The notes under the pieces: generated by a model
What the model was told of the DNA's origin: nothing
Database searches by the model: none
What the model saw: only the letters and a program-made list of their open reading frames with translations
In this document: one piece after another, positions 30,099-40,024 of the stretch
Layout of the letters: the number at the start of each line of letters is the position of its first letter
Position numbering within the stretch: the first letter of the stretch is position 1
Program-made: the position numbers and the translations under genes
Origin: Nitrospinaceae bacterium
GTDB taxonomy: Bacteria > Nitrospinota > Nitrospinia > Nitrospinales > Nitrospinaceae
Length of the DNA: 64,000 nucleotides
Direction of reading: 5' to 3'
Assembly (NCBI GenBank): GCA_965237905.1
Contig: OZ250172.1
Span: 224,001 to 288,000 of the forward strand

Positions 30099-30536
30099 AT
30101 GAAATTCCTTTGCATACCCTGCGACGAGCAAATGGCAACGCAGGCCGACGGCATCATGCCGAAGGAAAAAAACAGCATTACCCTGAAATTTAAATGCAAA
30201 AAATGCGGGCATATGATCGCCATGCTGACCAATAAATTTGAAACCGAATTCGTTAGCAAACTGGGTGTGGAAGCAGGCGGTCCGTCCGAGCATGCCGATA
30301 CGCCGTTCGGCATGATGGGTGCCACATTGGCCAAGGGTAAGGAAGAACTAAAAAATGCCGCCCCTGCAGAAGAGGATTTCGAGTGGACGCAGGAAGCGAA
30401 GGATCGCATTCAGAAAGTACCCTTCTTCGTAAGGGGCATGGCCAAGAGGACTGTGCTGAGCTTCGCCAAAGATAGAGGCATCAAGGTCATCGACGGCGCA
30501 TTGATGGACGAAGTCCGCGACAAGGTGGGGATGTAA
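30099..30536 (+). CDS. Zn-ribbon plus PCP_red (BchB C-terminal-like) domain protein
   Basis: CIPC...CKKC, then WT.EA..RI.KVPFFVR..A. Confidence 0.8.
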   Translation: MKFLCIPCDEQMATQADGIMPKEKNSITLKFKCKKCGHMIAMLTNKFETEFVSKLGVEAGGPSEHADTPFGMMGATLAKGKEELKNAAPAEEDFEWTQEAKDRIQKVPFFVRGMAKRTVLSFAKDRGIKVIDGALMDEVRDKVGM

Positions 30537-30572
30537 CCGGATTAGATCCAACCAAAACTCTTTACGGAATAC

Positions 30573-30603
30573 AAAAAACCCGGCCCTAAAACCGGGTTTT
30601 TTT
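30573..30603. terminator. Bidirectional terminator
   Basis: aaaaaacccgg...ccgggtttttt between convergent genes. Confidence 0.8.
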
Positions 30604-30618
30604 ATTGGGTTAACAATC

Positions 30619-30969
30619 TTATGCGGCGGATTTGGCTTTGCATTCCTCGCACTGGCACAGTTCCCTGAGTAGAGTGTAGGGGTACAATCCCGTGCTGTGG
30701 CCGTCGTTCCAATCGAACTGGATGGCGTAAAGGCCCACGGTTTTGAGGTTGAGGGGACGGATGGTGTCGGGGATCATGCCCGGCTTGATTTTCTTTTCGC
30801 CGGACCATTCGTCGATGCAGTTGGCGCAGGGACACTTCTCCCTCAGCAGTTTCACATGAAAGACCGATTCATGCCCGTCGGTCCACGTGATTCCCAGGGT
30901 GCCTTCATCGATCTGTTTGATATCGCTCGGCGAGGGGCCGTTCGACTCTTCTTGGGTTTCTTCTGCCAT
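30619..30969 (-). CDS. DUF971 (GBBH N-terminal-like) protein
   Basis: W.DGHES, LR..CPCA.C, VG.YAIQ..W.DGH.TG.Y. Confidence 0.9.
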   Translation of the reverse strand: MAEETQEESNGPSPSDIKQIDEGTLGITWTDGHESVFHVKLLREKCPCANCIDEWSGEKKIKPGMIPDTIRPLNLKTVGLYAIQFDWNDGHSTGLYPYTLLRELCQCEECKAKSAA

Positions 30970-31003
30970 TTTTTTTCCTGGAATTAAGGATTAAAGTTTC
31001 GCT

Positions 31004-32101
31004 TCAGCCTTTCCAGGCCAGTTCAAATCCGGCGCCCACCTTCTTGGCTGCCTGTGATTGATTGATACTGATCTGCGCCGCCACCTGTCCTGCCAAATGC
31101 CGATAGGCCTCGCTGGCCGGAGAATCCGGATGACTGAGGGTGATCGGCATCCCCGAATCGCCGCTGGCGACCACATCAGGGATGAGAGGGATTTCTCCCA
31201 GAACCGGGACATTGAACTGCTTGGCCAACTGTTGGCCCGCCCCGGACTGAAAGATGAAATGTTTCTTGTCACACCCGTCACAAACGAAGTAGCTCATGTT
31301 CTCGACCACGCCGAGTACCGGCACTTTCACCTGCTGGAACATTTTCACTCCCTTTTCGGCGTCGATCAGGCTGATCTGCTGAGGCGTCGTCACAATCACC
31401 CCGCCCGATAAGGGAGCGCGCTGGGTGAGGGTCAACTGCACGTCGCCGGTTCCGGGAGGCAGGTCGATCACCAGGTAATCGAGCTCGCCCCATTCCACGT
31501 TCTGAAGGAATTGCTGGATGATGCCTCCCAGCATGGGGCCGCGCAGCATCAGCGGTTGGCCCTCTTCAGTCAAAAACGCGGCAGAAACCACCTTGAGGCC
31601 ATGTTTTTCATGGGGATGGAATTTGTTATCCGCGGCACCTTTGGGCGGTGTGATAGGAATCCCCAGCATTTTGGGAATACTGGGACCGTAAACGTCTCCG
31701 TCCATCAATCCCACCGTCGCGCCGGTCAGGCTTAAGGCGATCGCGAGGTTGGTGCTGACCGTCGATTTACCGACTCCGCCCTTGCCGCTGGCGACCGCTA
31801 TGATGTTCTTCACGCCAGTTAGAATGGGTTGCGAATGTTCGGAAGCACGCACTGTCGCCGTCATATTGACGTCCACCGCCGCCACGCCGTCGATCGCCCC
31901 TACTTTGTCGCTGCATTCGTTTTTCAATTGTTCTTTTACCGGGCAGGCGGGAGTGGTCAACTCCACATCAAACTTCACCTTTCCGCTATCTATATTCAGG
32001 TTTTTGACAAAACCCAAATCGACGATATTTTTATGAAGGTCCGGGTCCATGACGGTTTTCAACGCGGCCATGACCTTTACTTGCAAGTCTTGATCAGACA
32101 T
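31004..32101 (-). CDS. apbC: Fe-S cluster carrier ApbC/Mrp with N-terminal DUF59
   Basis: V.DPDL...IV.LG, LTTPACP, SGKGGVGKST, DLPPGTGD, ENMS.F.CDGC. Confidence 0.93.
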   Translation of the reverse strand: MSDQDLQVKVMAALKTVMDPDLHKNIVDLGFVKNLNIDSGKVKFDVELTTPACPVKEQLKNECSDKVGAIDGVAAVDVNMTATVRASEHSQPILTGVKNIIAVASGKGGVGKSTVSTNLAIALSLTGATVGLMDGDVYGPSIPKMLGIPITPPKGAADNKFHPHEKHGLKVVSAAFLTEEGQPLMLRGPMLGGIIQQFLQNVEWGELDYLVIDLPPGTGDVQLTLTQRAPLSGGVIVTTPQQISLIDAEKGVKMFQQVKVPVLGVVENMSYFVCDGCDKKHFIFQSGAGQQLAKQFNVPVLGEIPLIPDVVASGDSGMPITLSHPDSPASEAYRHLAGQVAAQISINQSQAAKKVGAGFELAWKG

Positions 32102-32613
32102 TTGTTTCTCCTAAGAGGTATCCCAAACAATCGCGGTAACTAGTTACCTGGAAAACGATTGGATGTCCACTCCGAGTGGCGATAGGGGATGGTTGCAATT
32201 TGGATGAAATTTTAAATCGGATTGACGGGAAATTAAAAGCGTATTTTCCCTTTTACTGACTTTAGGATGGCCCTGCCCTAAAAAAGATTTTAATAATCCT
32301 AAAAGGTTATAGGAATTTCACCTTCGGGAATTGCAAAACCTTTTATCCTGTAGCCATTTAAACCGCTTTTTTGATTACCAGGAAAGCACCCGCATACAGT
32401 GTAAATATAGTATCAGAAACCCCCATGTTCTGTATTTTATTCTTTACAAATTTGACATCAGCGATTAAATTCTTATTATTGAAGCAGTTAGTTGGTAGCC
32501 ACCGAGCGCTTCTTTAAAGTTAAATTACCTCAAACCCGCTTCAGACACCTCATTTCTGTTGCCGACACAGGAAGTAGTCCACCGGACACCGCATTCAACC
32601 ACCCAATTAAACC

Positions 32614-34878
32614 ATGGCCAAAGAAAAAGCTTCGGACATTATCCACGAGTTGGAAAACCGTTTTCTGACCTATGCGCTTTCCACCATCGTTTCGCGCTCC
32701 CTTCCGGACGTGCGCGATGGGCTGAAGCCGATTCACCGCCGCATCCTCTTCGCCATTAACAGCATGGGGGTAACCTCTGACTCCAAGCCGGTGAAGTCGG
32801 CGAAAATCATCGGTGAGGTTCTGGGTAAGTATCATCCGCATGGCGACGCATCTACTTACGAGTCCATGGTGCGTATGGCACAGGATTTTTCCATGCGTTA
32901 CCCCCTGGTGGACGGCAAAGGCAATTTCGGCTCGCTGGACGGCGACCCTCCGGCGGCCTATCGTTACACCGAGGGTCGACTGACACCGATCACTTCGTAC
33001 ATTCTGAACGACATTAAAAAAGACACCGTCGATTTCCGGCAGAACTACGACAACACGCTCAAAGAACCGGAAATCCTGCCCTCACGCATTCCCAACCTGC
33101 TGATCAACGGCTCATCGGGGATTGCCGTCGGCATGGCATGCTCATTTCCCAGTCACAACCTGACCGAAGTGATTGACGCACTGCTCTCCCTCATTGACGA
33201 GCCAAAGCAAACCACCACCCAAATCATGAAGTCCATCAAGGGACCGGATTTTCCGACCGGCGGTATCATTCTGAACTCCAAAACGGAAATCCGCAAAGCG
33301 TATGATCAGGGATTGGGTGCAGTCAAGATTCGCGGCGAGTGGCAACAGGAAGACCTGCCTCGAGGCAAAATACAGATTATCCTGACGGCCATTCCCTACG
33401 GTGTGAACAAGTCCCGGTTGATTGAAAAAATCGCCGAGATCATCATTGGCAAAAAACTTCCAGCATTGATTGATATTCGTGATGAAAGCGACGAGAACGT
33501 GCGGGTGGTTTTGGAAATCAAAAACGGTTCCGATCCGGAAAAAACCATGACCTACCTGTTCAAGCACACGGAACTGGAAACAAATTTTCAATTGAATTTC
33601 AATTGCCTGAAGCCGACCGGCGAACCGGCCCGCCTCTCTCTCAAAGAGATCTGTTCGCATTTCCTTGATTTCCGGAAAGACGTGATTGCCCGCCGGTTGA
33701 AATTCGATCTTGCTGTTATCGAAAAACGCCTGCACATTCTTACGGCTTTTGTCATCGTCTTCAAAAAACTCGACAAGGCCCTCAAGCTGATCCGTTCTTC
33801 CAAGGCGCGACAGGAAGCGGCGACCAAACTGAAGAAAGAGTTCAAGCTGGATGACGAACAGGTTTCCGCCATTCTGGAAATTCCACTGTACCGCCTGGTA
33901 TCAATGGAAATCGACAAAATCCAACTAGAGCAAAAGGAAAAACTCAAAGAACAGAAAGAAATAAAAAGCATCCTGGCCTCCCAAAAGAAGATATGGGACG
34001 TAGTTAAAACCGAGCTGAAGGAAATCGGGGAAAAATTCGGCGACAAACGGCGCACCAAAATCAAAACGATTGAAACGGTGGAATACAACGCGGAAGATTT
34101 CATCGAAGATGAGAATGTGGTTCTGGTGCTGAGCCGCAACGGCTGGCTGAGGAAAACCAAAAACCTGAGTGATCCTGCTACCCTCAAATTCAAGGAAAAA
34201 GACGGATTGTTGGGAATCGTTCGGACGAACTCCCGCGACTTGGCGGCCATCTTTACTTCCGCCGGGATGGTGTACATCCATAAAGTGTTCAATCTGCCCT
34301 ACACACGAGGTGGTTTCGGTGAGCCGGTTCAGAGTCTTTTCAAATTCGGCGACGGCGAGCGGGTCATCAAAATACTATCACTGCCTGGAGGGGAAAACGG
34401 CAAAACCGAAGAATCGGGAGAGCAACAGGCTTTCGAGTTTGAGGATAGTATTAAAGATTCCGAGGAACTGCTGTTCGTCAATAACGTGGGCAATGGGTTT
34501 ACGTTCCCGGTCGCTAACCTGACGGAAACCAGCCGCGCCGGAAAACGGGTGATGTCTGTCAAAGAAGACGCGCGCATGGTGGCGGTCAGCCCGGTCACCG
34601 AAGACTATGTTTTACTGGTATCAGAGGTCGGCAAAGGTCTTTTGATCGAACTGGAGCAAGTGACCCAGTTGACCGGAGCGGGCGTGGGTGTCAAATTGAT
34701 GAATCCGGCTAAAAGCAAAGTGTCTGCCGCCAAATGTGTGGATCGCAAGCAATCGGTCCAAATGATTTTTGAAGACGGCAAAAGCAAGGAACTCAATCTC
34801 TCGAAAATTACCGTTCACAACCGCGGGGGCCAGGGAGCTTTCGTGTCCAAGAATAAAAAAGTAATCAACCTGACCTGA
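32614..34878 (+). CDS. Type IIA topoisomerase subunit A (ParC-like)
   Basis: DGLKPIHRR, YHPHGD, AAYRYTE catalytic Tyr, GPDFPTGG; no canonical GyrA-box at the CTD start. Confidence 0.92.
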   Translation: MAKEKASDIIHELENRFLTYALSTIVSRSLPDVRDGLKPIHRRILFAINSMGVTSDSKPVKSAKIIGEVLGKYHPHGDASTYESMVRMAQDFSMRYPLVDGKGNFGSLDGDPPAAYRYTEGRLTPITSYILNDIKKDTVDFRQNYDNTLKEPEILPSRIPNLLINGSSGIAVGMACSFPSHNLTEVIDALLSLIDEPKQTTTQIMKSIKGPDFPTGGIILNSKTEIRKAYDQGLGAVKIRGEWQQEDLPRGKIQIILTAIPYGVNKSRLIEKIAEIIIGKKLPALIDIRDESDENVRVVLEIKNGSDPEKTMTYLFKHTELETNFQLNFNCLKPTGEPARLSLKEICSHFLDFRKDVIARRLKFDLAVIEKRLHILTAFVIVFKKLDKALKLIRSSKARQEAATKLKKEFKLDDEQVSAILEIPLYRLVSMEIDKIQLEQKEKLKEQKEIKSILASQKKIWDVVKTELKEIGEKFGDKRRTKIKTIETVEYNAEDFIEDENVVLVLSRNGWLRKTKNLSDPATLKFKEKDGLLGIVRTNSRDLAAIFTSAGMVYIHKVFNLPYTRGGFGEPVQSLFKFGDGERVIKILSLPGGENGKTEESGEQQAFEFEDSIKDSEELLFVNNVGNGFTFPVANLTETSRAGKRVMSVKEDARMVAVSPVTEDYVLLVSEVGKGLLIELEQVTQLTGAGVGVKLMNPAKSKVSAAKCVDRKQSVQMIFEDGKSKELNLSKITVHNRGGQGAFVSKNKKVINLT

Positions 34879-34883
34879 ACCTT

Positions 34884-36773
34884 ATGAGCAGTTACAAAGC
34901 CAAAGACATTCAAGTTCTGGAGGGCCTGGAACCGGTCCGCAAACGGCCGGGGATGTATATCGGTGCGACCTCCCTGCAGGGCCTGCATCATCTGGTCTGG
35001 GAAATTCTGGACAACTCCGTCGACGAGGCGCTGAACGGGCACTGCAATCAAATCGAGATCCACATCAAAAAGGGAAATGAAATCACCGTTAAAGACAACG
35101 GCCGCGGCATTCCCATCGATCAATTCCAGAAAACCAAAAAAAGCGCCATGGAAGTGTTATTCACCACTCTGCATTCCGGTGGTAAGTTCCAGGAGGGCAG
35201 TTACAAGGTATCGGGCGGATTGCACGGCGTGGGCATGGCCGTGGTGTGTGCCCTTTCGAAATCGTTGATTGCCACATCCCGCCGCGAGGGGTTTGAGTGG
35301 ACCCAGGAATTTTCCCAAGGCAAAGCCAAAGGCAAACTGAAAAAAGGCAAGGCCTGCCGTACCAAAGGGACCGAAATCAGCTTCAAACCGGATCCTGAAA
35401 TCTTTCCCAAAATCGAGTTCAACGTAAAATGGATTCTGGAACGGGCCGAATCCAAGGCCTTCCTCAACAAGGGCCTGAAAATCATTGTCAAGGAAGACAA
35501 GAAAACTCACACCTTCCAATACCCCGAAGGCATCAAGGATTTCATCCGCAAAATCATTGACAGTAAGTCAGTATTGGTCGAGGAACCTTTTTACACGGAG
35601 AAAGAAGATAAAAAACTCCGCATGGAAGCGGTCTTTGTATGGACCTCCAACACGGATACCGTGATTCATTCCTACGCCAACGCGATCAAGACCATCGACG
35701 GGGGCACCCATGAAAATGGTTTCCGCAACGGGATCACTAAAGCTTTGAAGGCGTATATTGAGCGCCGCAAACTTCTTCCCAAGGGAATCACGGGCATTAC
35801 CAGTGACGATGCCAAAGAAGGCTTAGTGGCCATTATAAACGTATACCTTCAAGGCGACGTGGAGTTCCAGGGCCAGACCAAAGGCCGTCTCAATTCCGAC
35901 ATCACGTCCCAAGTGGAATCGGTGATCAAGCATTCACTGGAGCATTATCTCCACGACCACCAATCGGTGGGTGATCTGGTCGCCAACCGGGTGATTCTGG
36001 CCGCACAGGCCCGCATCGCCTCCCGTCAGGCAAAAGATTCTGTTAATCGCAAAACTCATATCTCGCATCGATTGAACCTTCCCGGAAAACTTTCCGATTG
36101 CGCCTCGACAGATCGCGAGGAATCGGAGTTGTTTATTTGCGAAGGAGATTCGGCAGGGGGTTCCAGCAAACAAGCCCGTGATCGGAAGACCCAGGCCATT
36201 TTGCCGATTCGCGGTAAAATATTAAACGTGGAAACCGCCGCGCAGGATAAGATTCATGCCAATGCGGAAATCAAAAATATCGTTTCCGCTTTGGGAACCG
36301 GGATTGAGCCCAAATTTGACTATGACAAATTGCGATACGGCAAAATCATTCTCATGACCGATGCCGATGTCGACGGCGCCCATATCTGCTCCCTGTTGCT
36401 GACTTTTTTCTACCGATTCATGCCTCAGCTCATTAAAGAAGGACATCTGTTTATCGCTCAACCACCCCTGTACCGGATCGATTCCGGCAAAAAACTTTTT
36501 TATGCGGTGGATGACAAGGAGAAAAATAAGATTGTCGAGGAATTGAATGGAGCCAAATATGAGGTAGGACGCTTCAAAGGACTCGGCGAAATGCCTTCCC
36601 AGGATCTTAAATCCACCACCATGGATAAAAACAAGAGAACCCTTATACGGGTGACGATTGAAAACAACAAGCGTACCGATAAAACGTTTGACCGCCTTAT
36701 GGGTAAGGAAGCCCACCACCGTTTCAAATTTATTCAGGAGAAAGCTCCATTTTTCAAAGAGTTGGATGTTTGA
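34884..36773 (+). CDS. Type IIA topoisomerase subunit B (ParE-like)
   Basis: VRKRPGMYIG, EILDNSVDE, GGLHGVG, EGDSAGG, PIRGK, DADVDG, FKGLGEM. Confidence 0.93.
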   Translation: MSSYKAKDIQVLEGLEPVRKRPGMYIGATSLQGLHHLVWEILDNSVDEALNGHCNQIEIHIKKGNEITVKDNGRGIPIDQFQKTKKSAMEVLFTTLHSGGKFQEGSYKVSGGLHGVGMAVVCALSKSLIATSRREGFEWTQEFSQGKAKGKLKKGKACRTKGTEISFKPDPEIFPKIEFNVKWILERAESKAFLNKGLKIIVKEDKKTHTFQYPEGIKDFIRKIIDSKSVLVEEPFYTEKEDKKLRMEAVFVWTSNTDTVIHSYANAIKTIDGGTHENGFRNGITKALKAYIERRKLLPKGITGITSDDAKEGLVAIINVYLQGDVEFQGQTKGRLNSDITSQVESVIKHSLEHYLHDHQSVGDLVANRVILAAQARIASRQAKDSVNRKTHISHRLNLPGKLSDCASTDREESELFICEGDSAGGSSKQARDRKTQAILPIRGKILNVETAAQDKIHANAEIKNIVSALGTGIEPKFDYDKLRYGKIILMTDADVDGAHICSLLLTFFYRFMPQLIKEGHLFIAQPPLYRIDSGKKLFYAVDDKEKNKIVEELNGAKYEVGRFKGLGEMPSQDLKSTTMDKNKRTLIRVTIENNKRTDKTFDRLMGKEAHHRFKFIQEKAPFFKELDV

Positions 36774-36973
36774 CCCTCCTAATCCTCCTATTTTCACTCC
36801 AAGCGATCTAAATTAAGGTAAATCAATTGCCTAAAGGATTAAGCAAAAATACCGCTAACAATTATGATTACCCTTGAAATATTAAGCGTTTAATAGTAGA
36901 ATTACATTAAAAGTCCATATAAATAATTCCACCTTAAATGTTCAATATTTAACTCGTGTGGGAACTTTTGTCT

Positions 36974-39907
36974 ATGAGTCCTGTTCAAGCAAAGCCTGCT
37001 AAATCAACGAAGTCACTTAAACCGACTCAGCCGGGCAAGCCCGCAGGCAAGCCTGCGAAACCGGTTGCCAAGTCCTCCTCTGCCGCCCCAAAAAAGGCAC
37101 AAGGACGCCGTGCTTCGGACAAATTAAAACCCGTTGTTAATCGAATATTGTCTTCGGAAAGCATTACCAAAACCCTTTTTGAACTTACCGAAGAATTACA
37201 ACAACTCTTTGAAGCAGACAAAGTTACGGTCTATGCCATTGACCGTCCCAAACGACAACTGTTCTCACGCAATTTTGCATCCTCTGAAAGTCAGGAAATA
37301 CGGGTCGATATTTCCCCAAAAAGTTTGGCGGGTTTTGTCGCTGCTTCAGGGCGCACTCTCAATATTCACGATGCCTATGACAAAGGGGAACTTGGCAAAA
37401 TTCATCCCGAATTGAATCTGGATACCAAATGGGACAAAAAACTGGGTTATAGAACTACATCTTGCCTAATCGTTGCCTTGCCTCATAACAAAAAATTGAT
37501 GGGTGTCCTTCAAATCATCAATAAAAAATCGGCACCTCATTTTACCGATGAGGATGTACGACTGGCGAAAGAACTGGCCGGTACCCTGGGACACTGCATC
37601 GTCAAAATGCAGTCGGAAATTATCGAGGAGAAAATTCAGGCAACCTCGCACGCCATTCATACCGCGTCCACCTTGCAGGAGATCCTGATCGAATTGCGAA
37701 TGCCCATCCTTCAATTATTCGAATGCAAAATGGTCACTATCTATGCGGTGGATAAGGCAAAAAATGAGATCTACTCTCAGGTTCGTCCGGGAGACACATT
37801 GGAGGAAATACGCCTCCCTATTTCTCCAAAGAGCATTGCCGGCTGTGTGGCTGTGGAGAAAAGGCCGGTTAACATCAAAAACGTCAATGACCAGGTGGAA
37901 CTGGTTAAATATCATCCGGAATTGGCGTTTGATAAATCCTGGGATTCTCTATCGGGAGAACAAGCCAAAAGCATGCTGGTTTGTCCTTTGATCCATGAAG
38001 GGGAATTGATGGGTATCCTCCAACTGGTCAACAAACAGAATGAGGAACCCTTCAACGTCAACGATGAAAAATGTATTTTGGCGATAGGCCAATCCCTGTC
38101 ACTGGCACTTTATAATCAGCAAAGACAAGCTAAAACCAAACCGACCAAGTTCAGTCACCTGATCAACAATGGGCTATTAAGCCAGGAAGAATTGACCAAA
38201 GCGATTACCCAGGCCCGCACCAATGGGATCGATATCGAAGCGATTCTTTTAAATGAATTTAAGATTAAGCGAGCTGATTACGGTAAATCCCTGGAGGAAT
38301 TTTACAAGGTTCCCTATGTGGGTTACTCAGTTGAGGTGGTCCTGCCGCAGTCCCTTTTTACCGGCCTCAACACCAACTTCCTGGCCAAAAATAATTGGCT
38401 GCCGATTGAAAAGAGCGCTAACAAAGTCACCATTCTGATCGATAATCCTGCCAATCAGGACAAGATTCAGAACATCAAGCTGATCTTCTCCAAAAAGGCT
38501 CTCGAATTTAAAGTGGGCCTTAAAGCGGACATTCATGATTTCCTCAAAGTCACCCCGGATGGGTCCGGCATAGATGATGACGACGAAGATCCCGTAGAGA
38601 CCGAAGAGGTTTCGAGCCTGCTGGATGCTCTGCAAAGTGAAGCGGATGATGCGGCGGTCATTGATACCGCTCAAGATGATGATTCCAATGCTATCAGCGA
38701 AACGGACAGTACCATCGTCAAACTGGTCAACAAAATCCTGATCGATGCTTATGATATGGGGGTTTCAGATATTCATATTGAACCGGGCGTAGGAAAGAAG
38801 CTCATGAGAGTCCGCTACAGAAAGGACGGGGCCTGCCGGATTTATCAGGAAATTCCACCGATGTACAAGCAAGCTTTCATTTCCCGCATCAAGATTATGT
38901 CCAGATTGGATATTGCAGAACGGCGCATGCCCCAGGATGGCAAAATCAAAATGAAATACGGTAAAAAAGAAATTGAATACCGTGTCGCGACCTGCCCGAC
39001 CGTAGGCGGCAATGAGGACGCCGTTTTGCGTATTCTGGCCGCAAGCAAACCGATTCCCCTAGAGAATATGAACTTATCTACAAGAAATCTGGAGTTGATC
39101 CATACTTATGCAGAAAAGCCATATGGTTTGATCTTGTGCGTGGGCCCTACCGGGTCCGGTAAAACCACGACCCTTCACTCCACTCTGGGTTATATCAATA
39201 AGCCTGACAGAAAAATATGGACTGCCGAGGACCCCGTTGAAATAACTCAGGAGGGCCTGCGTCAGGTTCAGATGCTACCCAAGATCGGCTTGGATTTTGC
39301 TCGGGCCATGCGTTCGTTTCTGCGTGGCGACCCGGACGTCATCATGGTGGGTGAAATGCGCGACGTAGAAACCTGCTCCATCGGTTTGGAAGCGTCCTTA
39401 ACAGGTCATCTGGTGTTCAGTACCCTGCATACAAACTCCGCGCCGGAAACCATTACCCGCCTTCTGGATATGGGGATGAATCCTCTGAACTTTGCCGACG
39501 CCCTGCTCCTCATCATAGCTCAAAGATTGGTGAGAACCCTGTGTAAAGATTGTAAAGAAGACCATCATCCAACTCGCGAAGAATATGAGCAATTGGTTCA
39601 TGAATATGGTAGTGAGGAACTCTTCAATAAAAACATTGCTATCGCTTATTCCGATGGACTCCTCCTTAAGAAGCCCGTTGGATGCTCCAAATGCAACGAC
39701 ACCGGCTACGCCGGGCGAACCGGTATCCATGAGGTTCTGGAAGGAACCGATGAAATCAAGCGCATGGTCATGAAGCAAGCTCTGATGGAAGAGCTAAGAG
39801 ATCAGGCTGCCAGCCAGGGAATGACGACCTTGAAACAGGATGGTATCTGGAAAGTTTTCAAAGGGGATTGTGATTTAAAGCAAGTCATGTCGGTCTGTAT
39901 TGTTTAA
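36974..39907 (+). CDS. GAF-GAF-PilB/GspE family secretion ATPase 1
   Basis: Two GAF domains, SDIHIEP, GPTGSGKTTT, EDPVE, MVGEMRD, STLHTN, tetracysteine motif. Confidence 0.92.
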   Translation: MSPVQAKPAKSTKSLKPTQPGKPAGKPAKPVAKSSSAAPKKAQGRRASDKLKPVVNRILSSESITKTLFELTEELQQLFEADKVTVYAIDRPKRQLFSRNFASSESQEIRVDISPKSLAGFVAASGRTLNIHDAYDKGELGKIHPELNLDTKWDKKLGYRTTSCLIVALPHNKKLMGVLQIINKKSAPHFTDEDVRLAKELAGTLGHCIVKMQSEIIEEKIQATSHAIHTASTLQEILIELRMPILQLFECKMVTIYAVDKAKNEIYSQVRPGDTLEEIRLPISPKSIAGCVAVEKRPVNIKNVNDQVELVKYHPELAFDKSWDSLSGEQAKSMLVCPLIHEGELMGILQLVNKQNEEPFNVNDEKCILAIGQSLSLALYNQQRQAKTKPTKFSHLINNGLLSQEELTKAITQARTNGIDIEAILLNEFKIKRADYGKSLEEFYKVPYVGYSVEVVLPQSLFTGLNTNFLAKNNWLPIEKSANKVTILIDNPANQDKIQNIKLIFSKKALEFKVGLKADIHDFLKVTPDGSGIDDDDEDPVETEEVSSLLDALQSEADDAAVIDTAQDDDSNAISETDSTIVKLVNKILIDAYDMGVSDIHIEPGVGKKLMRVRYRKDGACRIYQEIPPMYKQAFISRIKIMSRLDIAERRMPQDGKIKMKYGKKEIEYRVATCPTVGGNEDAVLRILAASKPIPLENMNLSTRNLELIHTYAEKPYGLILCVGPTGSGKTTTLHSTLGYINKPDRKIWTAEDPVEITQEGLRQVQMLPKIGLDFARAMRSFLRGDPDVIMVGEMRDVETCSIGLEASLTGHLVFSTLHTNSAPETITRLLDMGMNPLNFADALLLIIAQRLVRTLCKDCKEDHHPTREEYEQLVHEYGSEELFNKNIAIAYSDGLLLKKPVGCSKCNDTGYAGRTGIHEVLEGTDEIKRMVMKQALMEELRDQAASQGMTTLKQDGIWKVFKGDCDLKQVMSVCIV

Positions 39908-40024
39908 GCCTTAAGATATTTCAGGTGAGACATACGACATTACCATGCAGTACTTGATTTGTTTTTTGTAGCCACTTCACTCTAAATCATCTCCTCATTA
40001 TTATTAAATGCACAGGAAATTTTT

